The position numbers were made by a program, and so were the translations under genes. Shown here piece after piece: positions 1-8,566 of a stretch of DNA of 64,000 nt. Location of the stretch: the NCBI GenBank assembly GCA_964558905.1, contig CAZLGP010000238.1:8231-72230 (forward strand), in the 5' to 3' direction. Every line of letters starts with the position of its first letter. Positions within the stretch are counted from its first letter, which is position 1. The DNA comes from an uncultured Thermoanaerobaculia bacterium. Lineage in GTDB: Bacteria; Acidobacteriota; Thermoanaerobaculia; Gp7-AA8. The notes beneath the pieces were generated by a model that did no database searches, had not been told where the DNA came from, and worked only from the letters and a program-made list of their open reading frames with translations.

Positions 1-174
1 GGCGAGGAGCGGCGCGACGAGCTCCGGAAAGTACCGGTTCATCGGCTTCTCATCGCGACTCTGCAGCATCAGCTCATCGCCGTCGCGGAACACGAGCGTC
101 CGGAACCCATCCCACTTCGGCTCGAAGAGCCAGCCGTCGCCACTCGGCAGCGCATCCGCGGCGGCGGAGAGCAT
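1..174 (-). CDS. ATP-dependent DNA ligase, N-terminal fragment (gene runs off the window start)
   Basis: Hand translation of the minus strand from ATG at 174: MLSAAADALPSGDGWLFEPKWDGFRTLVFRDGDELMLQSRDEKPMNRYFPEL. EPKWDGFR fits the KxDG adenylation motif of ATP-dependent ligases. Too short to appear in the ORF track. Confidence 0.6.
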   Translation of the reverse strand, partial: MLSAAADALPSGDGWLFEPKWDGFRTLVFRDGDELMLQSRDEKPMNRYFPELVAPLLA

Positions 175-298
175 GGGGGCGAGGGGAGGAGGGAAGGGCA
201 GATGCATGGTGCCGCATCGTAATGCAGCTCCGCTCCCGCGAAGGTGCGCGATCCAATCTGGCTCTACCCGAAGATATTCGAAATTCGAGAGTCAAAAG

Positions 299-396
299 CC
301 GGGCGCGGGCGCGGGCTCGGGTTCGGGCCCGGGAAAAGCAGGCAAACCGCGGGTTTTCCGGGCCCGCGCCCGAGCCCGAGCCCGGCCTTTCGTCGC
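299..396. repeat. Imperfect palindrome built from tandem GC-rich hexamers
   Basis: Read directly: ccgggcgcgggcgcgggctcgggttcgggcccgggaaaa - 13 nt - ttttccgggcccgcgcccgagcccgagcccgg. Lies between the malic-enzyme stop (568) and the ligase start (174). Confidence 0.8.
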
Positions 397-567
397 ACTC
401 TGAGAGGCGAATCCTCAGAGCTCGGGTTCAAGAATCCAGCGCCCAGGGTTCCGCCCGGGGGACGCTCCCGCGCTCCGAACGCTCGAGCGGGTGCGGCGAA
501 GCGTTCCTCGGGCGACTGGCGTGCCCGAGGCTTGGCCAACCAGCGCAGCCGGCCGTGCCGGCCCGGC

Positions 568-2316
568 TCAGACCGTCGCGAACGCTCCTTCCCTCTCCAT
601 GGCGTGTGCCGATTCGTAGCGGATGGGCAGGTACTCCGGGAACCACATCGAGCGGCGGACGTTGTCTTCCAGGTTGATCAGCACGCTCGGGTCAGCGTGG
701 CCCTCGGCCACCGCGCGGCGGATGACCGCGCACGCAACGGCATGCGAGCAGTCGCGGATGCGCGACAGCCGCGGATACACGGCGCGTTGCTCGAGATCCT
801 CCGCCGTGACCGTCGACGCCAGCGCCTTGGCCGCGTCGAGGAACATCCCGTCGCTGATGTGCCGCGCCCGGGAGACGCACACGCCCAGCCCGACACCGGG
901 GAAGACGAAGGCGTTGTTGCACTGGCCGATGCGGTACGTGCGGCCGTCGAAGTCCACCGGATCGAACGGGCTGCCCGTCGCCACGATGGCGCGGCCGTCC
1001 GACCAGCGGATGGCGTCTTCCGCGGTGCACTCGCTCTTCGACGTCGGATTGGAAAGCGGGAAGATCAGAGGCCGCTCGTTGAAGCCGGCCATCATGCGCA
1101 CGACGTTCTCACTGAACGTTCCGGGAGTGGCGGAGACGCCGATGAGGATGGTCGGTTTCGCATTCGCGATCGTCTCTTCGAGGGTGATCCGGGAACGATC
1201 GCCGACTTTCCACGTCGCGGCCTCCTGCGGGTCGCGCGCGTACAGCGCCTTGAAATCCTCCAGGCCGCCCCGGTCGCTCGTGACCAGGCCCTTTGTGTCC
1301 ACCGTCCAGACGCGGCCGCGTGCTTCGTCGCGCGTCAGACCCTCTTCCATGAGCGCGGCCACGAAGAGGTCCGCGATCCCATGCGCAGATGCGCCCGCGC
1401 CGGCGAAGACGAGGCGCTGGTCCTTCATCGAATGCCCGGTCATGCGCATGGCCGAGTAGATGCCGGAGAGCACGACGGCGGCCGTGCCCTGGATGTCGTC
1501 GTTGAACGTCGGGAGGGAGTGACGGAAGCGCTCCAACTGCTTGATGGCGTTCCCCTTCAGGAAGTCTTCCCACTGCAGGAGGACGTGCGGGTAGACCTTG
1601 CGGACGGCGGCCACGAAGCGGTCGATGAAGTTCTGGTACTCCTCGCCGCGGATGCGTTTCTGCCGCAGTCCGAGATACAGCGGATCGTTCAGGCGCTCCT
1701 CGTTGTCCGTGCCGACGTCCAGGGTGATGGGCAGCGTGGAGTACGGCGCGATACCCGCGCAGAGCGTGTAGAGACAGAGCTTGCCGATGGGGATGCCCAT
1801 GCCGCCCGCGCCCTGATCGCCGAGGCCGAGGATGCGCTCGCCGTCGGTGACGACGATGACCGAGGGTGAGGTGTGGAAGTTCGCCAGGACTTTTTCGATG
1901 CGGTCGCGCTGATCGTAGCTGATGTAGAGGCCGCGACCCCGGCGGTAGATGTGCGAGTACTTCTGGCAGGCCTCGCCCACGACCGGCGTGTAGACGATGG
2001 GCATCATCTCGTCGATGCGCTCGTGGACCAGCCGGAAGAACAGCGTCTCGTTGCGATCCTGGAGGCTGATCAGGAAGACGAATTTCTCCAGATCGGTGGG
2101 CTTGGCCAGGAAGTTCTCGTAGAGGCGGTCGAGCTGCTGTTCGATCGTCGCTACGGCCGGCGGAAGGAGCCCGTGCAGATCGAGCTCGTCGCGCTCGCGG
2201 GCGGTGAACGAGGTTCCCTTGTTCGTGAACGGATCCAGGAGCAGGGCTTTGCCTTTGACGGGCGTGGCAATGTACCGCTGCCACGTGGCGGGATCGACTT
2301 TGATGGAGAAATTCAT
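568..2316 (-). CDS. maeA: NAD-dependent malic enzyme
   Basis: ORF 568..2556 trimmed to the ATG at 2316 (MNFSIKVDPATWQRY...). Full-length similarity to malic enzymes, e.g. FTNKGTSFTARERDELDLHGLLPP, DGERILGLGDQGAGGMGIPIGKL, FNDDIQGTAAV, VFAGAGASAHGIA. The 80 codons upstream of this ATG look non-coding. Confidence 0.92.
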   Translation of the reverse strand: MNFSIKVDPATWQRYIATPVKGKALLLDPFTNKGTSFTARERDELDLHGLLPPAVATIEQQLDRLYENFLAKPTDLEKFVFLISLQDRNETLFFRLVHERIDEMMPIVYTPVVGEACQKYSHIYRRGRGLYISYDQRDRIEKVLANFHTSPSVIVVTDGERILGLGDQGAGGMGIPIGKLCLYTLCAGIAPYSTLPITLDVGTDNEERLNDPLYLGLRQKRIRGEEYQNFIDRFVAAVRKVYPHVLLQWEDFLKGNAIKQLERFRHSLPTFNDDIQGTAAVVLSGIYSAMRMTGHSMKDQRLVFAGAGASAHGIADLFVAALMEEGLTRDEARGRVWTVDTKGLVTSDRGGLEDFKALYARDPQEAATWKVGDRSRITLEETIANAKPTILIGVSATPGTFSENVVRMMAGFNERPLIFPLSNPTSKSECTAEDAIRWSDGRAIVATGSPFDPVDFDGRTYRIGQCNNAFVFPGVGLGVCVSRARHISDGMFLDAAKALASTVTAEDLEQRAVYPRLSRIRDCSHAVACAVIRRAVAEGHADPSVLINLEDNVRRSMWFPEYLPIRYESAHAMEREGAFATV

Positions 2317-2556
2317 GACGCCTCCTCGGCAGGCCGGCACGGCCGGCAGCGCTGCCTGGCCAAGCCCTCGGGAAGGTCTGTCGCCCGAGGCGCGGTCTTC
2401 TGCCGCGCAGCAGCACGCACAGCTAACGACAGACGCCGCCCCGGGACGGGTGCGTGCCGGTTGAGCCGAGCGTGATGGACAGCACTGCGCGAAGGTGACG
2501 GGAGGCCGGCGCGCCTCCTCGTTCGTCCCCTCGGGCGCGTCCCGCGTGGCGGGCAA

Positions 2557-2740
2557 GAGGAAATAGCCCCCGGCTTCAGGCCGTGTTGCCCGAATGCCCG
2601 CGTAACGGGCGATAGGAGTAGCCCCCGGCTTCAGGGCGTGTTGTCCGAATGCCCGCGTAGCGGGCTATAGGGAGTAGCCCCCGGCTTCAGCCGGGGGACC
2701 CGGGCCTGGCATCCGATCAGCCCGCGTAGCGGGCGAAAGA
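2557..2740. repeat. Three tandem copies of a ~55-bp REP-like unit (CCCCCGGCTTCAG... hairpin plus GCCCGCGTAGCGGGC hairpin)
   Basis: Units start near 2557, 2613 and 2668. Each contains agcccccggcttcag and cccgcgta(a/g)cgggc. The same two hairpin modules recur at 25501-25550, 50055-50140 and 50625-50790. Confidence 0.85.
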
Positions 2741-2787
2741 GTTGTCGACGCGTCACACCGAAGGTGGGTGCCCGGTGTTGACTCCGG

Positions 2788-3207
2788 TCAAGCCTCAGTG
2801 ACGGCTTCCCGGTCGCGCCTCTTGCTTCGGACTCGGATGAAGTGCCGGCTGTAGGCATCTTCGAGTGGTGGCTCTCCCGATCTCGAAAACCGCAGCCGCG
2901 TCTTCGGTCCCTTTCCCCAACGATGGTAGACGGTGGTGGACGGCCGGAGGTTGAGATCATGGACGTGCATTCGCAGGATTCTCAGGACACGGTTGGCCGC
3001 CGAGAGATTGCACTGAATGACTCTCTCGAGACACGAGACGCGACCTCGCCGCCAGTCCTCGACGGCTTTCGTCGTGAGCAACTTCATCTCGATGAAGACC
3101 TCGATCGGAGCGACGACGTCGCCTCTCGAGAGGAGAGCGTCGACCGCACGGACGATCCTCGGATAGAACTTGTCGGTGCGGTAGTTTTCGAGAGTGACCT
3201 TCTTCAT
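2788..3207 (-). CDS. Hypothetical protein (139 aa), family not recognised
   Basis: Clean ORF starting MKKVTLENYRTDKFYPRIVRAVDALLSRGDVVAPIEV. A ~95-bp, ~88% identical, permuted fragment of its 5' end lies at 4205-4300 on the other strand, which argues that this is a real gene family. Confidence 0.5.
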   Translation of the reverse strand: MKKVTLENYRTDKFYPRIVRAVDALLSRGDVVAPIEVFIEMKLLTTKAVEDWRRGRVSCLERVIQCNLSAANRVLRILRMHVHDLNLRPSTTVYHRWGKGPKTRLRFSRSGEPPLEDAYSRHFIRVRSKRRDREAVTEA

Positions 3208-3214
3208 CTGAAAT

Positions 3215-3544
3215 TCACGTTGGTATGGTGACGTGGAGTACCTGACCAGGTGAGACGCTGCTAATCGCGTCCCTCAATGGCTTCAACGCGCGCTCGAGCA
3301 CTTGCAGTTGGAGGCGTGGAGTCACGATGACGACAACGCCGATTCCGAATGCGGTCAGCTTCTGCTGGTATTGCATCCGACGATCCGCGGTGAGCAACAC
3401 ATCAAAGTTGCCCTCGGCGCGTAGCAGCAGTTCGCCATTCTTGTAAGAGCCCCACCCTTCCTCTTGAACCGTTCGGACTTCGAATTCGGGAAGGTTACGC
3501 CGAAGCAAGCGCGGCAGGTTCTCGTCAAACAGGACTCGTCTCAC
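3215..3544 (-). CDS. DUF5615-type PIN-like toxin (Mut7-C-like RNase fold)
   Basis: MRRVLFDENLPRLLRRNLPEFEVRTV...DVLLTADRRMQYQQ is typical of DUF5615 proteins. GTG start overlaps the upstream DUF433 stop (GTGA). Confidence 0.75.
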   Translation of the reverse strand: MRRVLFDENLPRLLRRNLPEFEVRTVQEEGWGSYKNGELLLRAEGNFDVLLTADRRMQYQQKLTAFGIGVVVIVTPRLQLQVLERALKPLRDAISSVSPGQVLHVTIPT

Positions 3545-3756
3545 GCGATTTCTGCGAGCAGCGCTCGGCTGGCCTCTTCGAGAAATGCGAAGACCTGCTC
3601 CCGCGACACGCCCGGGTAGTTCTCCAGGAAGTCTTCGATCGTCTCACCGCCCTCGAGGAAATCGATGAGCGCATCCACCGGCACTCGTGTTCCTACGAAC
3701 ACCGGCGTGCCGCCGAGAATCTCCGGGTCGGAGTGTACGATCTGCTTCGGATCCAT
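3541..3756 (-). CDS. DUF433 antitoxin-like protein
   Basis: 71 aa. PEILGGTPVFVGTRVPVDALIDFLEGGETIEDFLENYPGVSREQV is the DUF433 signature. 4-nt overlap with the DUF5615 gene. Confidence 0.8.
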   Translation of the reverse strand: MDPKQIVHSDPEILGGTPVFVGTRVPVDALIDFLEGGETIEDFLENYPGVSREQVFAFLEEASRALLAEIA

Positions 3757-3893
3757 GACGATGAAGGATACCGCGCGGCCTGGTCGCAGCCAACGCCCGC
3801 CACGGCGAGAACCGAGGTGCCCTCGATGCCTTCTCCAAACTACCCGACCACAGCCTCATCACTTCTATGCGAAATGCCGCGTGATCTGCGACT

Positions 3894-4112
3894 TCACAGC
3901 TTGTCGAGATCAAGAGGCTCTGTCAACCCAGCGCGGTACTCTTGACGTGCTTCTTCAGCCATGCCAGCGAGCAAGTCCTGTGATCGCGCGAACAGTTCGC
4001 CCCACCGGCGTTCGGATTCGAGTTCGGCCAGCATGAAGCCGGCGAAGGCTTCCCGCTCCTCTTCAGGGAGTTTGGCCGTCTCAGCGATGACTTTCTCCAA
4101 AAACCTGCCCAT
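3894..4112 (-). CDS. Putative type II antitoxin / addiction-module component, orphan
   Basis: 72 aa, MGRFLEKVIAETAKLPEEEREAFAGFMLAELESERRWGELFARSQDLL. Resembles small antitoxins that pair with RelE/ParE-type toxins. No intact toxin ORF in the 138 bp downstream. Confidence 0.45.
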   Translation of the reverse strand: MGRFLEKVIAETAKLPEEEREAFAGFMLAELESERRWGELFARSQDLLAGMAEEARQEYRAGLTEPLDLDKL

Positions 4113-4204
4113 GAGGGTGCATTCTACTCGCGAGGGGGCTGGAGAAGAAACGGGAACCGAAACGTCCTGGCGATCTCGCGGGCTACACAGATGACTCGCC
4201 TCAC

Positions 4205-4300
4205 CGTGCGGTCGAGGCGCTCGTCTCGAAAGGCGACGTCGTCGCCCCGATCACTCTCGACAACTACCGCACCGACAAAGTTCTACCCGAGGATCGTCCC
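4205..4300 (+). pseudogene. Circularly permuted, frameshifted fragment of a paralogue of gene 2788..3207
   Basis: Plus-strand translation RAVEALVSKGDVVAPI|TLDNYRTDK(frameshift)FYPRIV. The intact gene reads TLENYRTDKFYPRIVRAVDALLSRGDVVAPI. One extra A causes the frameshift. Confidence 0.55.
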
Positions 4301-4312
4301 AGCCCGCGCGTC

Positions 4313-4900
4313 ACGAATCGGTGATGACCCTGGCGGCCGTGGCGGAAATCGGACCGCGACCTCGCGGAAATGGTCCACGACCGCGTCGAAATGGTCCGCG
4401 ACCTCGTCATTGCGATCAGTGACCTCACGGAAGAGGAGAGATTCTCGGACGCATGACGCCGCACGATCTCGAGAAAATGGTCGGGGATCCCACGTTTGTG
4501 ATTGGCGACCCCGAGCAATTGGTCTGTGACCCAACGGATTCGGTCGGCGACCGGATCCATTGGGTGGCACGACTGCCAGCGAGGGGTACCGCGATGGGAC
4601 ACGCCGGTGCTCGAAAGCAGGTGAAAATGGTCCACATACCTCGCGCGTGAGGTCGGGCAACCATTTCGATGCGGTCGCGAACCTTACGCGTGCGGTCGAC
4701 GACCATTTCGGCGCGGTGCCGGACCATTTTCGCGGAGCTCGAGCGAGGGCCCGCGCCGCGGCGCGGCAGCCACGCGCGCGGTGCGATCATCTCACGCGTG
4801 AGGTCGCAGACCGGATCGGTGCGGTCGGGGACCGGATCGCCGGCATGCTCGGACCGACCGCGTGCGATCGCCGTTCGGATCTCCGACGTCGGGGAAACGG
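4313..4900. repeat. Two inverted arrays of degenerate 21-bp repeats (about 10-11 units per arm)
   Basis: Left-arm units such as gaaatggtccacgaccgcgtc / gaaatggtccgcgacctcgtc start at 4345, 4367, 4388, 4409 ... 4557, keeping 21-bp phase. Right-arm units such as gaccatttcggcgcggtgccg start at 4659, 4680, 4701, 4722 ... 4852 and are the reverse complement. Near-palindromic centre at ~4625-4655. No long ORF spans the array. Confidence 0.8.
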
Positions 4901-4998
4901 AATGCCGGCGACGGACGACCGCGATCGTGTGGTCCCATGACCTCTTGACAGAACATCTGCCTTCGCGTTCAAAGGGCAACATACGAGGGGACACGAAA

Positions 4999-5259
4999 AT
5001 GAAGAAGATCGACGACTTTTCAAGCGGCACGCGCGGAGCGGTCGTTCCCGTCCCGCAAGGCAAGACGCGCATCACCATCCGGATCGATGACGACGTCCTC
5101 GATTGGTTTCGGGACCAGGTGAATGCCGCTGGTGGTGGAAACTATCAGACGATGATCAACAGCGCTCTCCGGGAGTTCATCGAGAATCGACGCGCGCCGC
5201 TCGAGAAGACGATTCGACGCGTGATTCGAGAGGAGCTTCGGAAGCGCGGCGCTGCGTGA
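4999..5259 (+). CDS. BrnA-type (ribbon-helix-helix) antitoxin, orphan
   Basis: 86 aa from the ATG at 4999. GKTRITIRIDDDVLDWFRDQVNAAGGGNYQTMINSALREFI is the BrnA antitoxin signature. A short upstream reading frame ends in ATGA overlap (...RVQRATYEGTRK*) and may be the last remnant of BrnT. Confidence 0.8.
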   Translation: MKKIDDFSSGTRGAVVPVPQGKTRITIRIDDDVLDWFRDQVNAAGGGNYQTMINSALREFIENRRAPLEKTIRRVIREELRKRGAA

Positions 5260-5329
5260 GACAGCTAGTCGCGACGGTCACCGCAGCTCTCTCCCTGGCG
5301 ACCATCTATCCGGATGCGCCGACGTTCTC

Positions 5330-5883
5330 GCTGTTCGACGCCGAATGATCTCGTGTGCGTCTGCGGGTCTCTTCGGTCAGCCCAACGCCTCGAACTGCGG
5401 TCGAAGGCGAAGACGGTGATGATCGCTGCGACGTGTCGCCACTCCGGTTGGACGCGTTCTGCGCTCGATTCCATTCCTCGGCGCCGTCCGTGTGGCGCAG
5501 ATGCTGGCCATCATGCGGACGCCACACCGCTTCCGAACGAAGCGGAATCTGTGGCCCTATGCCGGCCTGGCGGTGGTCAAGCACTCGAGCGCCGATCACG
5601 AATTCAAGGACGGCAAGTTGCAACGAACGAAGAAGCCACCGATGACACGGGCTTGAATCGGAACCACAACCCGATGCTGAAGGTGGTGTTCAAGGGAGCG
5701 GCGAATGCGGCCGCCTCGATGCCCGGGCCGTTGCGCGCCTTCTATGAGGCCTCGGTCGCACGAGGTGTCAAGGACGAACTGGCAAAGGTGACGCTGGCAC
5801 GCAAGATCGCGGCCGTGGCACTGCGCCTCTGGAAGCGTGGAGAGACGTTCGATGCGAAGAAACTGACGACGCAAGCGACATAG
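5330..5883 (+). pseudogene. IS110-family transposase, C-terminal remnant with several frameshifts
   Basis: Pieces in three frames: SIPFLGAVRVAQMLAIMRTPHRFRTKRNLWPYAGLAVVKHSSADHEFKDGK, then GLNRNHNPMLKVVFKGAANAAA...LRAFYEASVARGVKDELAKVTLARKIAAVALRLWKRGETF. The N-terminal DEDD catalytic domain is absent. Confidence 0.65.
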
Positions 5884-6339
5884 CGCTCGGGGAGACGACG
5901 ATCGGCGAGAGAGGGTAAGCCACTTCGCGGTCGACGTTGATCCGGGACGAAGGTTCGAGGGAGAGTCTCAGCAACGACGTTCCGCCCGACAGTCAGTAAA
6001 GTCGAGGCACACGCCTAACCACAGTCCCCCTCGGATGACCAGAAGAAGCGTCAGGCCACGCCCGGATGCAGAGAGCGCGAGTCTCGGATAGAACCATGCG
6101 ACACCACCAACGGTGATTGCCGGCGACGCTTGGAATCGTCTGTAGTGATGATCGACGGAGGCGATGGAGATGAGCTCGCGGCGCACGACTGTTCCGCCCA
6201 CCCTGGTGTCCTCACGATCGGCGCGAACCGGTTGCGGCGTGACGCCGTGACGCTGGCGACGATGCAGGCAGCTCGGCTGCCGGACCTGGGCCGGGCCGTG
6301 CCAGCTGCAGTCAAGAGTCAGGCCGCCCGTGCTCGCAGC

Positions 6340-6981
6340 TCATTGACCAGTTCCGCCAGACGGTCCTACGCGCGACCTTGGGTCTGGTGCCCAATTTTCC
6401 AGCTGAAGTTCGGTAATATCATCAGCGTTGAGAACATAAACCTTGGCATCGCGCGCGAATCGATCAACGAGGATATATCTTCCTTCGGTATAGGCGGCTA
6501 CCATTAGGCCTCGATACTGAGGAGCGAGCTGACCTGTTTCTAACTTGACACTAACAACGCGCGCACGTTGGGACGGGCCAATGAATGCTTGCGCCGTCCA
6601 ACTGACCAAAAGCACGGTTACGAACAACGTGAAAGCTATCGCGACAGCTAGCTGCCGACTCGTCAGCGTTCGTGCGAGATTGCGCCAAGCGAAGGGCTTT
6701 CCCCGCTGTCGCTCGATCGCGTGAGCAACCCAATCAAGCAAAAGCAATGGGAGTACAAACAGAAGAAGCCCCAAAGCCCCGCCGTCCATCAGGTATTCTT
6801 GTAACGGTAGCCGCGGGATCAACTCCTGCGGAACACCACGATAGAAGTATGTGGCCGAGTCGGCGGCAAATCTCCACGCGAACAGCAGCACCGACGCGAT
6901 CGCGAGGGCACCGGCCGAGTCGCTGACAATCTTGAACCGTGCAGGCGGTATCTCAGAGGCATTCGCGGGTGGCATCGCCAT
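6340..6981 (-). CDS. Hypothetical multi-pass membrane protein (start uncertain; ORF extends to 7245)
   Basis: Hydrophobic segments GALAIASVLLFAWRF, GGALGLLLFVLPLLLLDWV, LAVAIAFTLFVTVLLVSW. Visibly lower GC than the flanks. Start at MAMPPANASE (6981) chosen by eye. Confidence 0.5.
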   Translation of the reverse strand: MAMPPANASEIPPARFKIVSDSAGALAIASVLLFAWRFAADSATYFYRGVPQELIPRLPLQEYLMDGGALGLLLFVLPLLLLDWVAHAIERQRGKPFAWRNLARTLTSRQLAVAIAFTLFVTVLLVSWTAQAFIGPSQRARVVSVKLETGQLAPQYRGLMVAAYTEGRYILVDRFARDAKVYVLNADDITELQLENWAPDPRSRVGPSGGTGQ

Positions 6982-7472
6982 ACCGCAGGAGAGTCCGGAG
7001 CGCGCCCTTTCCCTACCCACCGTACCATTCTTTTCCGTCAGCAGCTTACGCACGCTTCGAAAACGTGTCACCTCCCTGGGAATCGATCTTGCCGACGTCT
7101 TCAGGCATTCTCTTACTATCGGTCGGCCCAAACTAACGTCTTTGGTGTAAGCTGCGGCGGGCTTCACGTGCCAGGAACGATGCGGCCGGCGTGACGCCGT
7201 GACGCTCGGTGATTCCGTAGCCGGCTCGGTCGGAGGGCCGGGCACCAGCCCGCCGACAGCTTCACACCTAAGTTAGGCGGCCACCTAGCCGCGCCGGCTA
7301 CAACAGGAAATAAACTGGTCGGTTATTTTGAGTTGTCGCGGCCAACTTTAGTGCGGGTGTTGCCGCCACTGCCTCGAAAGTGCCCTTCGTCTGTTTTCGG
7401 TAACTTACAGGAGCGGTCTCTTAGCAGCAGGCCGGGTGGAAGTACTTCACGCTGATTTCGGTTCCTCTCGGT

Positions 7473-8351
7473 ATGGCGAGGCCGAAGCTACAGCATCACC
7501 TCCCGAAAGCGTACCAGACGGGATTCTGCCACAAGGATCGGTTGTGGGTGTATGACCGCGTGACGGATCGTTTTCGACGCGACAGCCCTCGAAACGTAGG
7601 CGCCATCAAGGACGACTATACGTTTGATGTCGGGCAGGGTATCGATGCGCGGCTGGAGACAGGCCTGTCACGTGTTGATGGCGCCGCCGTGCCAGTGCTC
7701 GCAAAACTTCGAGCGCAGCGCTCAATCAGCGGCCAGGAACGACAAGCGTTCGCAGAGTACCTTGCGTACTTTGTGGTGAGGGTGCCCGGATTCACTAGGT
7801 GGCTGAACGAGGTTTATACGATCGAAGAGTGCGCCGACACCGACCCGGTTGCCGTCCAGGAGCTTGTTGACGCCACAAATGGTGACTTCTTCGATCCGCC
7901 CTGCGGCACCACTGCACGACTACAAACGTTCCTAACTGAGCATCGTGTCGGAAACGTACACCAAAACCATCGTCTCCACTTCCTCATCGAAACCGCGAAG
8001 ACGTTGCGTGTTGAATTTTACCGAATGGATTGGGTGATGGCTCGGCCACAGCCGTCGGCACAATTTGTCACATCCGATAACCCGTTGCTGTGGGGCTCGG
8101 AAGCGATCTCGTTCCCTGTCGCGCACGATGCTTGTTTACTAATGTTCCCGGGCGATGGCGCCACGGAGTGCTACTGGACGGCTCTGATGCGGCGTGATGT
8201 GGTCCACAGCACAAACGTGTCGACGGCTCGACACAGCGAACGGGTTGTAATCTCGCCCGACGAGAAGTACTTGCGGCGAATCGTTGAGGCGGCGGCAATC
8301 AAGGGCCGGCCTTCTCCTCCGTTGACTAGGATCGCGAATTCGTCCGCCTAA
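7473..8351 (+). CDS. DUF4238 domain protein
   Basis: 292 aa. The N-terminus HHLPKAYQTGFCHKDRLWVYDR matches the characteristic HH-x-P-x-x-Y-x-x-x-F start of DUF4238. Lower-GC islet. Confidence 0.7.
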   Translation: MARPKLQHHLPKAYQTGFCHKDRLWVYDRVTDRFRRDSPRNVGAIKDDYTFDVGQGIDARLETGLSRVDGAAVPVLAKLRAQRSISGQERQAFAEYLAYFVVRVPGFTRWLNEVYTIEECADTDPVAVQELVDATNGDFFDPPCGTTARLQTFLTEHRVGNVHQNHRLHFLIETAKTLRVEFYRMDWVMARPQPSAQFVTSDNPLLWGSEAISFPVAHDACLLMFPGDGATECYWTALMRRDVVHSTNVSTARHSERVVISPDEKYLRRIVEAAAIKGRPSPPLTRIANSSA

Positions 8352-8566
8352 CGTATCACGCCTTGAGGGGTTCCGCGGACGGTCATCCGTTGCTGGCACG
8401 CACGTGGATCGTGCAGGTACGCGGAGCCTCATAGAAACGTGCCACCGCGAAGATGTTAGTTCGTCGGCCTAATCCTTAGCGCTCAGCCGCCGAAACCGCA
8501 CGCGCTACTGTAGCACCCACGCTGCTGGTGAGGCGGTTTCGGTCGGCTGGAGCGCAGAGTTAGCCG

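Noticed and set aside
244-1869. 541-aa plus-strand ORF, plus other long ORFs opposite known genes (e.g. 16287..17930, 20077..21192, 21002..23545, 25891..27432, 27845..29086, 28890..30572, 41242..42591, 44589..46124, 46470..48011, 52423..55281, 56134..57942)
   Set aside because: Each lies antisense to, or out of frame with, a gene that has clear family signatures. Their translations are Arg/Ala/Gly/Pro-rich with no recognisable motifs. These are shadow ORFs typical of high-GC DNA.
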